A DNA stretch of 64,000 nucleotides, taken from assembly GCA_965637545.1 (NCBI GenBank), contig OZ281494.1, positions 3,410,001-3,474,000 of the forward strand, in the 5' to 3' direction. A model generated the notes under the pieces. The model made no database searches and was not told where the DNA came from. It worked only from the letters and a program-made list of their open reading frames with translations. The translations under genes and the position numbers were made by a program. This document shows positions 35,838 to 49,100 of this stretch, one piece after another (within the stretch, counting starts at the first letter, position 1; each line of letters opens with the position of its first letter). The DNA comes from Phallusia mammillata. Lineage: Eukaryota.

Positions 35838-36325
35838 CATAGGCGCCGAGTTTTACAAAAATGCAAGGTGGCGGACGTAAATTATGACGTCACTTCAACT
35901 AGAAAATAAAATGCAACGTTCGTCAAATTCTGAACAAAAATAATATTCATTTGAAACACTTTGCTTTAACGTTATTATTGGTTTCGCAACGTTTAGAAAA
36001 TGTTTCGTCAAGTTGTCGCTCTCGTATCACCTGAAATAACCATTTACAACAGTACAATTGCATTGCACATAATAATGGTCATACATTCAATGCCAACCAT
36101 TGTGTGTTTGACGTCATAAACAAAGCACTAACCACAACAGGTTGCAGTTTTGGCACGTTTTGTTGTTTTTTGCCAGTACGCTTGTTTAAGCAAAATTGTT
36201 CCAAATTTAACTATGTTTCGTACGATACCGCTACAAACAAATCAAAATATCCAGGGTGGCCGCCACCATGCTTCACAAACCCAAGGTGGCGGCGCCACCC
36301 CGCCACCGCCCACTCGGCGCCTATG
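35838..36325. mobile_element. Non-autonomous DNA transposon with 8-bp TSD (hAT or P-like)
   Basis: TIR CATAGGCGCCGAGT. TSD tacactga at 35830-35837 and 36326-36333. Empty site at 49949-49956. Confidence 0.9.
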
Positions 36326-37740
36326 TACACTGATGTTTTAAAGCTGCTGTTACTGGTGATAGTAAAGCCCCATGTCACATTATTTATCATAAAATTCTAG
36401 CGGTTTGGTGAAACTTGATCTATCAATTGTGCCTGTAAATATTAATTAGTAACTTTGAAACCAACATTTAAACCTGTAAGTTATACGCCTCTCGAAACCA
36501 AGGTTCGCTAACAGTTACCAGCAACTTTGTATGAATTCAGCCTTAAACATGTTGTTCAAAACCAACTTAAGGTTTACGCATTTTCCTATTGCGAGTGTCT
36601 CTGTTTGAAATCACTGTGTGTTTTTCTTGGTTATTGATGATGTAAGTCTTAATGTTTATCTTTTCTAATGTTATATTTAGCTATTGGTCATATACAGTAG
36701 TAATTAATTAGCAACCTTTGTCATAACAAATCACACGTTGTCTTTATTGTGTAATTTCCACATGTATGACTATATGAAACATGTCTTACAACCGTTTTCT
36801 TAACGCGAATTAGTGATCAACAATAACGGCGGGTCAGGTGGTATTTCTCTATTTCATTTGATTTCAATTACGCACCTGCACCGGATAGGTAAATGTCTCT
36901 TCAGTTATCGGAAAATTTCTTACATTCTCATGTTGTACATTATAATAACACGCCAACCATGTACGTTTTAATATCATGTGAATATTAAAATGTGTTTGCC
37001 ATTTTACAAACATGTATTTTTTGTCCTTTACCTGCATACAGTGACGAAAAATAATGGAAAATATACGTCACAAAGCTTTTTGTTACATGTAACATGTTTT
37101 GCCGCAGTGGTTGCCTGATATTAAACACAATCTTAAACCAGAAAAGAGATTTTAAATGTTTTAGATTTTTGGTTAGATTTTTCGCAGTGATGCCTTGCCA
37201 CACTGAATATTTGGGAGACTGGTTTGATTCGGTATACGCCGCCAATGGGCCATGGCGTACTATGATTTTGAATAAATCTTAAACCATCGCATTTTTATCT
37301 TTCACTTTACGCTCCCGTTCAAAAAAACTGTTCGTCACAAATTGAAACAAAGCGTCTTGTTACACCCTTTTTTACATTATGTGATATTTAAGCTTTATCC
37401 TTAAGCTCCCACCGAACACCGAATTACCTATAAATAGCCACAAAAATATAAAACATCCCATTGCAAAAAACGTACAGAAACCCGCCGGTTTTGTGTTTTC
37501 TGTTGAATATTGTCATTGATTTGATCATAATGTAAAATGTTCTTTATTGACTTTGTACAGATATTTATTTGATTGAAATAAATCTGTGTGAAATTGTAGC
37601 TGTTTCTATTTGTAACATACACTGATTGTAGGTAAAGTCTCATCAGCAAGAAAAGAGGGTTTTTAAACAGGCAAAGTCTTGCGAAAGTACATGTTCGAGT
37701 AACCGTTTCGTGCATTGCAAAACCTAATAGAGTACGTACC

Positions 37741-37903
37741 TAGTGGTGGGATTCAAATGTTTTGTCAGCTGGTTTAATCACAAAAGTCATATTTTTTAGC
37801 CGGTTCTGTTACAAAAAGTCCATGGACATGGGTTCGCTGATCTCAAAAAAATTCACGAGATGGTTCTATAGAAACGGTGCGAACCAGTTAAATCTCACCA
37901 CTG
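37741..37903. mobile_element. Short hAT-like MITE, old
   Basis: Termini TAGTGGTGGGATTC...AATCTCACCACTG; degenerate TSD tacgtacc/tgcgtaac. Confidence 0.65.
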
Positions 37904-38215
37904 TGCGTAACATGTTTTGTTTAAAGTTGTAACTATATCCAAAGTTTGGGAGCATCAACTTAAGTGTGACAGTGTCATAACCAAAAATGTATCAATTTAT
38001 GGTTGTAAACCTTTTTGTTCGTTTGCCTTCCCAATCTCAAACATACAGTTACTCAAAACACCTAAATGTTCTCACTGAGATTAAATCCCGAAACATGCTG
38101 AATGCGAAGATTAATGTATCCCAGCATGCTTAGAATCTCTCTAGATTTATCACTGGTGGTGTTCAACACATTTTGCGAACGGAATTGAAAACGCTGGATG
38201 GCGTCAGTGGGTAGA

Positions 38216-38292
38216 GGGGTCGCGGGATTTAAACCCGCACACGCAGGAACGATTTCGAGTCGAATGCGAAGTAACCACTTGACTAAGCCAGC
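38216..38292 (-). ncRNA. tRNA-Ser(CGA)-like element (pseudo-tRNA or SINE head), copy 1
   Basis: Minus strand reads GCTGGCTTAGTCAAGTGGTTA...GACTCGAAATC...GCGGGTTTAAATCCCGC, with A-box, anticodon arm, long variable region and T-arm. The acceptor stem does not close. Confidence 0.6.
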
Positions 38293-39067
38293 GCGGTTAC
38301 GTAACTCTCTAAACAGCCTTTTATACAAAGAATAGGCCAGACAAAAGACCAGGCACGGCATTCAGGTAAGAGCATCGAGCAAATGTTTTTAGCGTAAGCT
38401 GCCCTTTGCCTCTAAGAACATAAGAATCATGCACCGCTGAACAACAAATATGTGATTTTGGAATAGGGCAACGTTGGGCAGTTAGAACGTCAAATATATT
38501 AACAGTACAAAGTGTAAACCTATTCTTACAATAGTTTAGAACAGAGGGATTATATCTTTGTGTTTTGTGGTCTTTGATATGTTCACATGCCCGGTAATTA
38601 GTACATAATGGCTTAGATCATAGCTTCCCAAACTGGGGGTCGCGACCCCGGAAGGGGTCGCTTAACAAACTTGAGGGATCGCAGAGAGCTGTACCAATTT
38701 TGCACAAAGTACTCCATACACTAGCGTAGAGTACGGGGGGCGCACACCTCCGGCCTTGACCTTTGTATAACGTCACAATGTCATTTTTGTTCAAGTAACG
38801 TCGGTTTTGAAACGTTTCCAGGTAAGGTTCGCTTGTAGTGACGCCATTAATCGAACAAACGTCGGTTGAAACGCAACAATTGCAATTGCCTTGAAATACA
38901 CAGGCATTTTAATGTAACATAAAGATGACTTATAGAGTTATAGACTGGCGTTTAAGTATTGTGTGGCGCAACAACTTTCTCTAATAAAAATAGGTAATAA
39001 ATTTACGATTTCTAAGCAGTGTTTAATGTCCGCAATTGCAAAGCAGTGTTTAATGTCCGCAATTGCA

Positions 39068-39790
39068 ATCCCAAAGCCAAACAAACCTCTGGATGAATCA
39101 AAGAGCTCCCGTCTAATCTCGCTGCTCGGCATCACATTTTAGGCCTTCGAGCGCTTGATTCACAACCGCGTCGAGCCAGTCATTGACCAACAACTCCCCC
39201 AGGAGCAGGTTGGAAACGCAAGTTGTCTGTCCAGACTAATAGAAGAACTCTAGACATGCTGTAGCAACTTATCTCGGTGTGCAGCTGGATAGATCACTCA
39301 CCCACCACAAATACCCTAAAACGACAGGCACTGGTCCACTTGTCTTCGCCCAAGCTGGATACTGCGCTCCTGTGTGGGGCAGAACACCCATCCTATCGGC
39401 AAGCGCCTTGACGACGCCATGCGTATTACACTGGTTGCCTGCGCCTAACAGCAGTCGACTATTTACCCATCCTGTCAGGTATCCAGCCGGCTGATCTCCG
39501 TCGCAAAGGACCCACCTTACGTCTAGGATGCCGCGCCCTAATAGAAGAACACCTTCTCAAGTACAAGATTACAGAGCCGGCCAACCTCAATCATCGATTA
39601 ACATCAAGGCGGCCCTTCGCACCGGCTGCCGTTGAACTGCTTGGCGACAACAACAGCTCAGATGCAACAGACTGGGTGACCATCCAATGGGAAAAGAGAT
39701 GGGGAAATACAAGCACTCCACTTCATTTCTACTGCCCCGACCCATCTAACAAACCATCAGGGTTTGGTCTGCCTAGGCGGGTCTGGACCG
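39068..39790 (+). mobile_element. Internally deleted LINE remnant (RT fragments)
   Basis: IPKPNKPLDESKSSRLISLL..., then FERLIHNRVEPVIDQQLPQEQ in a shifted frame, then LGVQLDRSLT, GYCAPVW and a C-terminal LPRRVW. The RT core is missing. A hAT-like terminus CATAGCTTCCCAAACT lies upstream at 38619. Confidence 0.75.
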
Positions 39791-40437
39791 ACACGTGGCC
39801 GTTTTGTTTCTTAGTTGTTGTGCCTTTAGCTACACAACACGAAACCACCTCTGAACATTTAAAATTATAGTGGTTGGTGCTTTTGTCATATAATACATAA
39901 ATTTGTGTGTAGCATAATAAATAATAACGGGTCACCAGAGGAACTGCATATAGATACGGGACAACAGTCGCATATAATAACAGACTGAAACTTTTTGGTA
40001 ATCCACGCTTTCTCTCTTGCTAACACTCCATAGTTTCACTTCGGTTAAACAAGCTTTAGGGTAGAGGTCAGGTTTTGTTTTTGTTTTTAAAATATATTTC
40101 GGATAAGGTTTTTATTATTGTACGTTCGGATTTGGGCTGCGATTTCGGGCCAGCTTACAACTCTGCTACAAATGAAAACATGTTCGGTTGCAATGTTTTT
40201 ACGTACAAGTTGGCCGTTAGAGGACAAAACATGAGGTTCGACTGGTAAAGTCAGTCTTGATAAAAGGTTTGCTTTTTGCAAAGTGTTGAAAAATGAATCT
40301 CTAAGACCAAAAACACGGTAAAAATCAAACTGGTCGCAAAATCAGCTTAAATGCCGACTTGAAACTGGGCGAAATTTGTGTTTTGCTTTAATTACGTTTT
40401 ATAAAACTGCAGAAATTTTTGTGGATAAGTTCCAAAA

Positions 40438-43400
40438 ATGGGTTTGAATTTGTCATTTAACATTAAATCTTGCTTTGTCTATTTCTGGATTTTGATCTTC
40501 GCTTCAGGCATTCGGGAAACTGTGCAACAACACCCTGAACACTGTGGTAAGCGTTTGTTTTAATTTTATCGACCAAGTATGGTGTATTATGTATAAAATT
40601 GTTTCTACCGTGCCAAAACCTCCAGTCAGGATAACTGAGTGGAAAATGGCAAAAATGTCGTGTTTTTTAACCAAAAACTAAAGGAGTGTAATTTTGTCTG
40701 AATTTGTTTTTGTTTTTGTACCCTTACTCTGCTTTCATCCCCTTACTCTGTATTTGCTCGTTACAATTTGGTTTTAAGTATTGGATGGTCAAGTTTTTAT
40801 GCAAACAACACTTTTTGAACATACAGTGCATGAGAAATTGAATTTTCTTTTCAAACATTTCATATCAGATTTTTGTATATTATACAATAATTAAAACATG
40901 CAATTGTGTTTGTTTATCAGATCGTGGACCAAACAACTGTACAGTGTTTTTGTGCGACGTCGAAAGTAGCAAAGCATCCTGCGGTGAGTATGATTGTACA
41001 AATGCACTTATTGAGTGTCATTATCAGCTATGTAGTTTGCTTAACTACCTTTTATGCTTGGCCCATAATGCTTCGTAAATTTCGTATCTTATCAACATAG
41101 TAAGGTTCCTTTAAGTCGTTGTGACACTCATGCGTTTTGAAAAGTGCATGTTTCTTTTCTGACAGTCTTTGCTCCACGCAACGTGTCTCAACCTGTTTTT
41201 ATTGGCATCGTTGAAAACTGTGAGTATTTTAATTATTTGTACATTCCATGTGACGTGAAATGAAAGTTTTGCAATGTTGTTTCAAAAGTTGTTGCGAGCG
41301 CTGCTTCTGCACAGTTGGAGATCTTTATTACCGCAAGTAAGTACCAAATTATCTTATTTGTAGTAATCACACATTTTAGTGTCAATAATTGATACTAAAG
41401 TAAATCACCATCAAATTTAACAGAGTCTGTATCAGCAACTTAAGGCATATATGTGTTCAAAACGTGGAAGAAGTTTGTTACATTAAATCTCTTACAGAGC
41501 AAAATTGTTTGGATTCGAGTTGTTGTATGACAAACATTACTCACAAACCAAAAAGTACGATGGTGAAACTTCAATTGTTAAGCGAAGGTAATTAGATAGA
41601 AAAATATGAATACTTACCTCCTTAACGTGCCAAATAATAAACGTTTAACTATTTCCAAACTAGGTACAAATCAAGAAGGTTGCAATATATAGGATATGTA
41701 GCATTTGAATGTTAAAGACATAGTAAATACAATAGGTTTAAATTTTTACTCTTTTAACTTTTAGTTACACGATCTGCATAACATACTTATGCAAACTGAT
41801 ATGATATTATGCGTACAATTACCTCTGTTTGGCAGATTCATTAGATGCAGCCTTTAGAATTAAGACCATTGTTACAACGGATTTCGAAGCTTGTAAGTAT
41901 TTACATCGTATTTTTACATTGTTATTAATAGGTTTTGGGTCAAAATTACATGAAAAGTTACCTATAAATTTGTGCCACTGAGTCTGAAATTTTCTGTTTG
42001 GTGATAAAAGCATAATACAGTTACGAAGGAAATAATTTACGGACAGATGGATGTGTAGTGTAAGGTACAAACAAAGGACAAACACCAGTATGTTTAAATT
42101 TCTTATGAAACGATGTATTTGCAAAGGTTTTCCTGGTGTCGATGCGAAGACGTTGCCACAGAAATTGAAACAGAATTTCAACAAGTGCCTTAATTTATCA
42201 TTATATTGTCGCAAGTTATTTTTCATTATGATAACATAGCAATTACTGGAAAAAAAAATTTTTTTTTCGTACCTCATGCATCTAAAAAATAAGCACGTTC
42301 AAACCAAAACGATGTGATTTTTTAAAGCTTTATCAAATCCGAAAAAGCCTACCGAACAACCACCAAACCAAATTCCAAGTACACAAAAACCAATGACCAA
42401 CTCAACTACAAAACAACCAACGATAAACCCAACCACGTATTCAATACAGGAAGGTATGTAAAAAACATATATATTGTCAGATTGTATATTGTGCTTCATT
42501 GACAATAAAACGTAACGTGCACTTTTTGACGAAAAAAAAACAAAAATATTACTTTCAAATGTTGGTTAAATGCAGTTTAAAAGTCTTTCATTTTCTAGGA
42601 TTGGAATTTTTGGGTAGATTTGTACTTTCGAAACCAAACAGTGTGGATGCTTTGGAGGAAATTGAAGAACGACTGGTAAAAGTTGCATTATATTTTGCAA
42701 CAAAGGACGAATCAGTTTCTGACGTTAGAAATTCTCAACTGCACCAGGTGATAAAAATCAATCGAACTGAATATAACAAAAACCTAAAACTGGGGTCGTC
42801 GCACATAAGCATCTCATTCCAGACACTTAACGTAAAAAAAATTGTAACTTCCGTTCTCACCTTTCAAACAAACGAAACCGAAGCGGCACAGACTCACCCC
42901 AACATACAAGGGTCCCTTACACAAACGCAATACATAGCTGATGTAAATAGCACTTATATTGCTGTAGTAGGTTGGGATGCTGATCAACTTTCGAGTCACC
43001 GGAAACTGTCTCAGGATTTCAATATTCTCTGTAAAGTCTGTCTTTAATGCTTAACGATCTATTGGCAAAGTCAGAAATGAGTACAAACGATATCGTATTA
43101 ACAGTAAGCTTAATCATAACTTGTTTGTTGCAGGAATGTGGTTCCTTGTTGAAGGACTCCGCCTCCTAATGGCAACCTCCTTTCCGTACATTTTTGGAGC
43201 TCAAGATCCAGAAACACGTCTGAAGATCTTTATGCTGATTGGTTGGATCATTCCCGCTTTGGTGGTTGGCATATCAGCGAGTGTGGGGTTTCCCCTCGGC
43301 ACCTACATGAAGCCCCAACCGTTGCACGAGCAATGTAACGAATTTATGCAGGTTCCAAAGTACGACCGATGCTGGTTGGCTCCCGGTACCCCGATCTTCT

Positions 43401-44166
43401 ACTCCACGGTCGTCGCTCCTCTTGCTCTCGTCCTCCTCATTAACTTCATTATCATCCTGAAGACGACTCATGTGATTCTTAACTTGAGGTTGCCTAACAG
43501 AGAAGAGGAAGACATTAAAGGAGCTGCGAAATCCGTGCTTGTTTTCTTTGTCATGCTCGGAGGGACTTGGATTTTAGCTTTCTTCACAGGTGAGATTACG
43601 TCAGGCCTAATAGCCACAAGGTTATGTTGAAATTTTAGTTTTTAGAGTTTATTTTGCTAAGTGAAAGTAATCATGGCGACACAATTGCATTAGAACAGTC
43701 ACCGGAAATAGCTGGAAGAAACGGAAATTGCTGCGAAACATTGTAATGTTATAGATTGCAAAACAGTGCATGGCACAGTTGGTGGATATTGGCTAAACGC
43801 GCTGCAATAAAGCGTTATGTGGCTGGGGCTCAGTTAAATCACGGCTTGATGGGACGTTGGTGTGACCTGTCGAGAGGGCACCAAACTAACCAACCGTGTT
43901 AGGGAAAGAGGGTGGGTTCAACACTTTCTAATAGCTTGGCGGTTCGTTGGTTTTTTTCACTCCCTGATTATTTTTGATAGCAAACTTTATAATTTCTGTG
44001 TTTGGCATCATCGCATTATCCTTTAGTTGTTTATGCTAGGAGACATAAGCTTTATCAACAAATCTCTCTTGCAGGGATCGGGAGCGACATCTCGAACGAG
44101 GTATTTATGTACATCCATGCCTTGGTGAACGGATTGCAGGGAATCGTCGTCTTTCTGTTATACTAA
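40438..44166 (+). pseudogene. Adhesion GPCR type A3: intact signal peptide and ectodomain exons, internal deletion of GPS and TM1-TM3, downstream TM exons open
   Basis: Exons 40438-40546, 40921-40983, 41166-41219, 41289-41336, 41498-41587, 41836-41892, 42127-42210 (GC donor) and 42328-42453. The GAIN exon starts at 42599, breaks at about 42997-43011 and reads on to a stop at 43045-43047. About 1.2 kb is missing relative to A2. Exons 43134-43589 and 44075-44166 are still open. Confidence 0.8.
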
Positions 44167-46143
44167 AACTGATGTCTACCACAGCTTTAAACTTGTAACA
44201 ATGTTTGATGTGGCATAACACAGCACAGCTCGCCTCAAAACTCCGCTTGGAAAATCGCTTTGCCCTTGCAGCTCAGTTTATACAATATCTGTTTTGTAAA
44301 ATATTAAACTATGCGAATACCTTAATTTATTTCTATCTGTTGCTTTTGTTTTATCCGAACACAACTTTTAGGATTCGCATTTTACATTTATGATGGTGGA
44401 ATAATTGTACACTGTAAATTGAGCAGATAATTTGAGTGGGAAACTTTAACTACACAATCAATATTGTGAGTGTTTCCAAAGGGGGAAATTACTTCCAGAT
44501 CGTAAGATTTACGAATCACGTATATTTAGATGTTACAGCGATCTGACTTTAAACGCATGGTCGAATTGTTATCGAAGAAGCAAGGCGTATAAATATTTTG
44601 TTGTCATTGAAACGGTAAAGTTGGTAACGTTTTATCGTGGCGTCTTTTGTACGTTGTATTATTTTGCGTGGATGTTTGCACATATGTACAAATATATTTG
44701 GCTAGAAACTTACAACGTATTATCTGAGTCAATATGCGTCTCTCTAACATGTTTTGTTTAAGTCCCATGAATAACAACTGGACTTCAAATAAGATGTAAA
44801 CCTATGTTACGAAAATGCAATACTCTATGATAGATGATCAGAGTCAGCGTAGTTTGTGCTTTTTGTGTTACCAACACATAAAATTTATTGTCACCAGGGG
44901 ATGCCAGAGAACAAATGATATCATTCATTGGTTAAAACAGAATTGAAAAAAAATCAAGGCATCTTTCTCATAACCTAACATAATATCTAATTTTGATTCC
45001 CATTTAGAGATCATGGAATTTAACTGCTTCCTAAAGTGGTTGGGGTTGATCTATTCCAGAACATTGACAGAAATTGTAAACTAAGACAGTGGTTGGAAGA
45101 AATTTTGTTCTCATTAATCCAATTTTGAAATTTTGTTCTCATTAATCCATTTTTTTATCATGTGTTAAAAATCCATAAAAACTTAAGGTCACAATAAGTG
45201 AACACTAGAATGCTGATGAATTATAAATAGCCAAACTATGACACAGTGTATAATGTTCAACCAAATCCAAGTTAGACTGTTGTTGACCATCAACATGTTC
45301 TGCTGTCTTTGACGGGAAAACAAAGCTCCCAGGCCGGCAAATGTGCTTTAACCCGAGCGAGGTATATCAGCATGTTTAGCGACGAAGTAATTTAAACGGG
45401 TTTGATTCGGGTCTGACATCACACTTTGCCACACTTGGGTCGTATTTGCCTTAAAGCTCAAATAGCGTAAAAAAATATTAATTGTTAAGAACGCTGTTTC
45501 GGGTCTGCTTACAATCCGATTTTATTTTCAAAACTATTGTTTTTACTGATTATTTAATACAAGTTTCCTCGTCCCAACAGTTTTATTCTTGTTATTTGGT
45601 GATTTAATTTAAATGATAACATCTTCGACCAATGGAGCATGTTGTAAGTCGGTTTGGTCTTAAGTTTGAAAAAAAAACACATACTTGGTTAAGGCCTGAC
45701 TACTAACTCAGTCGTTTAAACGTAATGCGACTTGTAAAACAGTTGCGGGCTTGTACTTTTAGGTTAGGGTCCGGCTATATAACACCTGCAGCGAAGCGGA
45801 TGTTCAACCGTAAAAAAATGCTACTATTGTTTCAGGTCGACGTGGTATGAACTACTGGCATAGGGGGTTGGCTCTTAACCTTTTTCCAACTCTGTGTTTA
45901 TTTTACCCAAGCGACAAAACGTCCTAAGACGTCAGGAACCTGCTGTTGCCTTTTTACACATTTTCTGAGATGCAGAGCCCATTTGTTTATAACGCAGCAC
46001 ATTTGCTTGTTCTCTGAGTAACCGCTGCGACACAAACAATCAGGTGCCAGTTGTTGGTTTGATCAATTAGTATATCATCTCCTTTTCGAAGTTATCTTAT
46101 TCAGTTATTTAAAATCAAAAGTTTTAGTAGAATTAAAGACAAA

Positions 46144-49100
46144 ATGCCATTTCTTTTGAGAGTTGTATTTGTACATTTGGCAGCAGCAATGTTTTCTCTT
46201 GTGCCAGTTTCAATTTGGGGTAAGTGCTTTGATTATAAGTTGGCCGACTAAAACAAAACATTACTTTAAACCTGGCTTATGGTGTAGTTTGATATTAAAC
46301 AACGTTATGAGTAACAAAACCTATTTTTAGTTTCTTGTAGTTTGGACATAAAAGTGCATCTATAAGCTTCACTAACTAATCTGTTTTGGGTTTGCACAAA
46401 TGCTGTAAAGTATTTAAGTTAAGAAATGATTTTAAAAATATCGAATGGAATGGTGTTATTGTGTCCTAATTTCTAAGTCTGTAGTTTCAGCTCAAGAAAA
46501 TCTTGGGACCGATTGTCTGGGGGAAACAAACAAAATGCGGTGTATAGGTAAAAGTATCTAAAAGTTAAGAAGTTTTTAAATTAATTTTGCGATGTTAAAA
46601 AGTATATCCGGGTTTTTGAATTTTGTTTAGTTTGTGAAAACCATTCACTGAATATCTCTTGCCCTGCTGGAACTGTTATTGACATAACATCAGCTCTTTA
46701 TGGACAAACATTTCCATATGCAGGGTGAGTGAGTTTAACATCGTATAAAATAGTATTGGCTATGAGACTTCGACAAATATAATATATACAGTTAAGTTTT
46801 GAAATTGTGAACTTTAATTTAGTGTTTTTCCTCCATGAAAAAAATTTGGGGTCTTGTTGACTGTGTGTTTGTGGTTTAAGTCAAATTTAGGCATTTATAT
46901 ATCAAGATTTCAAGTATCAAGATTCATTCAGTATTTTAATTCACAAAAAAATGATTTGCAAAAATCGCTTTTTTGTTTACTAATAACTTGTGAAGTTTTA
47001 CAAATATTTCATTCTTGTATTTCTGTTAAGGGTGTGTGGGACTGCTGGTGTAATGGAAATCTGCAATGGCACTATGGGAGTAACAGAGATACTTAGGAAG
47101 TGTCAACAAAAACCTCGGTGCGTAATTATTCAATCAGCCATTCCTGGTGACCCATGTCCTGATATTCCCAAATACATCGACATCAACATGACATGCTCTT
47201 TTCCTAGAGGTTAGTTTAAAAAATCAATCTTACTCGACATCTTACCAACACCCAATATAAACATCAACGTAATAATGCGCAAAAGGTTATGTAGTAAGTA
47301 AGAAATTCGGTATTTATTTTCTCATAGTTTGCTTATCATCATATTACCTTTTACGATTTTTTTTATTGTTTGTTGCTATATACAGCTTAGTATTTGCAAT
47401 AACTTAGTTTCTCGATTTCGGTACGAACAATCGGGTGCTTTTCTTGTTGCAGCTCTATTGTTTATGAAAGATTTAAAAAGTCTAAATCCAGCAAATTCTG
47501 AAGCATTAGAAAATGCCGAAGATAGAATTGGACATTTTTCCCGAAATCACCTTGAAACAAGCAAAGTCAACTACACAACCGGAGATGCTCAACTGCACAT
47601 CGTGGTCTCCAACATCAGTCAGGAGGCATTTAACTCATTCCTTCAGTTAGAGTCATCTCACATCGACTTTACTGTGCAAACAAACAACACCAATCGTATA
47701 GTGAGTGCCGTTCTAACCTTCAAAATAAGCACCACCCAGGCTGCAGAAACCCGGTTGAACAACGCCAGTTTTCTCTCAGCTAAAACACGCTACATAAGCA
47801 ACAAGAATACGAGCTTTGTGGTTATTGTTGGGTGGGACGACCATGACAACCAGTTGTCTGGCAACGCGAGCTTCGCTGTCAATTCTACTTCACCAAAATC
47901 GGTCTGCGAAAAGATCAAAGAAGAAAAGAAGAACACAAGCAACATGATGGTCAAAAAACTTGAACCGAAATGTCTTTTCCTCGACATAGTGAGAAAATCG
48001 TACTCGGATCGTGGTTGCGTCACAATCACTGATGACGTTACGGGCAGCGTCACGTGCAGATGTAGTCATCTCACCATTTTCACTGTTCTGCTTGCTGTCG
48101 AAACCACCGTTATACCGGAATCTGTAAAGGTAGGCAAAACACCAGTGTGCTGGATACAGACTTGCAAGCCAAACCAAGTTTGTGAGCCAGTTTAATTAAG
48201 CCTTAGGAGTTTTGGAGAGCATTTGGGTCAAATTTAAGCTTTAATTCAAATGGGATACCATTGTCAAAAAGCAAAAAGTTATTTTTACGACATACGACAA
48301 TAACGTTATCAAATTATACGCATGTCTGGCTGACTGTCGTATTACCAAGTCAATCCAACTTTTTTTATAGTCCTTTAATTACATGGTTGCAAACTTGGTC
48401 TATTTCTCCCAAAGTCCTGTGATTATTGTATTTTCAGATCATATCTTATACAACTGAATCCGTTTCTGTCGTGTTTCTGGTTGCTACCATAGTGATCCTC
48501 TTTAAATACGGACGGGGCGATGACAGGACTCCAGTTCAAATCAACTTGTCAGTAGCTCTTCTGCTTCTTCACGCCATCAACTTGACCCATGACGTTGCTG
48601 TTTTGCATACAACTGTGTGTGAGGTTTTCACAGTAACCCTTCATTTCATCTTACTGTCTGTAGGTAAGTTGTCAACCAGCTGATTTACTATCTGATCTAG
48701 ATCATTCAAGGGTAAGCAAACTATTAAAAAGTACAATTAATCTCGGTTGCTCCCTTAGAAATAATTTTTGGATCCGCCCTTGCTATACTTACATTACAAC
48801 CTGCCATCTTCGTGAAGAAAAACTTTTGTTGTTGTTGTGTTTAGGAATGTGGTTTCTGATTGAAGGAGTCCGCCTCCTAATGGCAACTTCTTTTCCATAT
48901 TCTTTTGAGGCTCAAGATCCGAAAACTCGACTTAAGATTTTCGTTTTCATTGGTTGGATTGGTCCTGCTATCATTGTGGGTGCAGCCGGGGGTGTGGGCT
49001 TTTCCCTTGACAACTACATGAAGCCCCAACCCTTATATGAAAAATGCCACAACCACCAAAATCAATCTTCACCGATTCCAAAGTATGACAGATGCTGGTT

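Larger units (their letters stand above)
20677..38618 (+). repeat. Segmental duplication unit (A2+B1), paralogous to about 40012-52467 (A3+B2); its 5' part is also paralogous to about 12400-17200 (A1)
   Basis: Introns and intergenic DNA are colinear and highly similar between units, e.g. 20677 vs 12400, 28290 vs 45920, and 36335-38618 vs 49957-52467. Boundaries are approximate. Confidence 0.85.

Noticed and set aside
39022-39070. Short perfect tandem duplications (also 7278-7320, 45098-45150, 54520-54565)
   Set aside because: Ordinary replication-slippage duplications of 16-27 bp.
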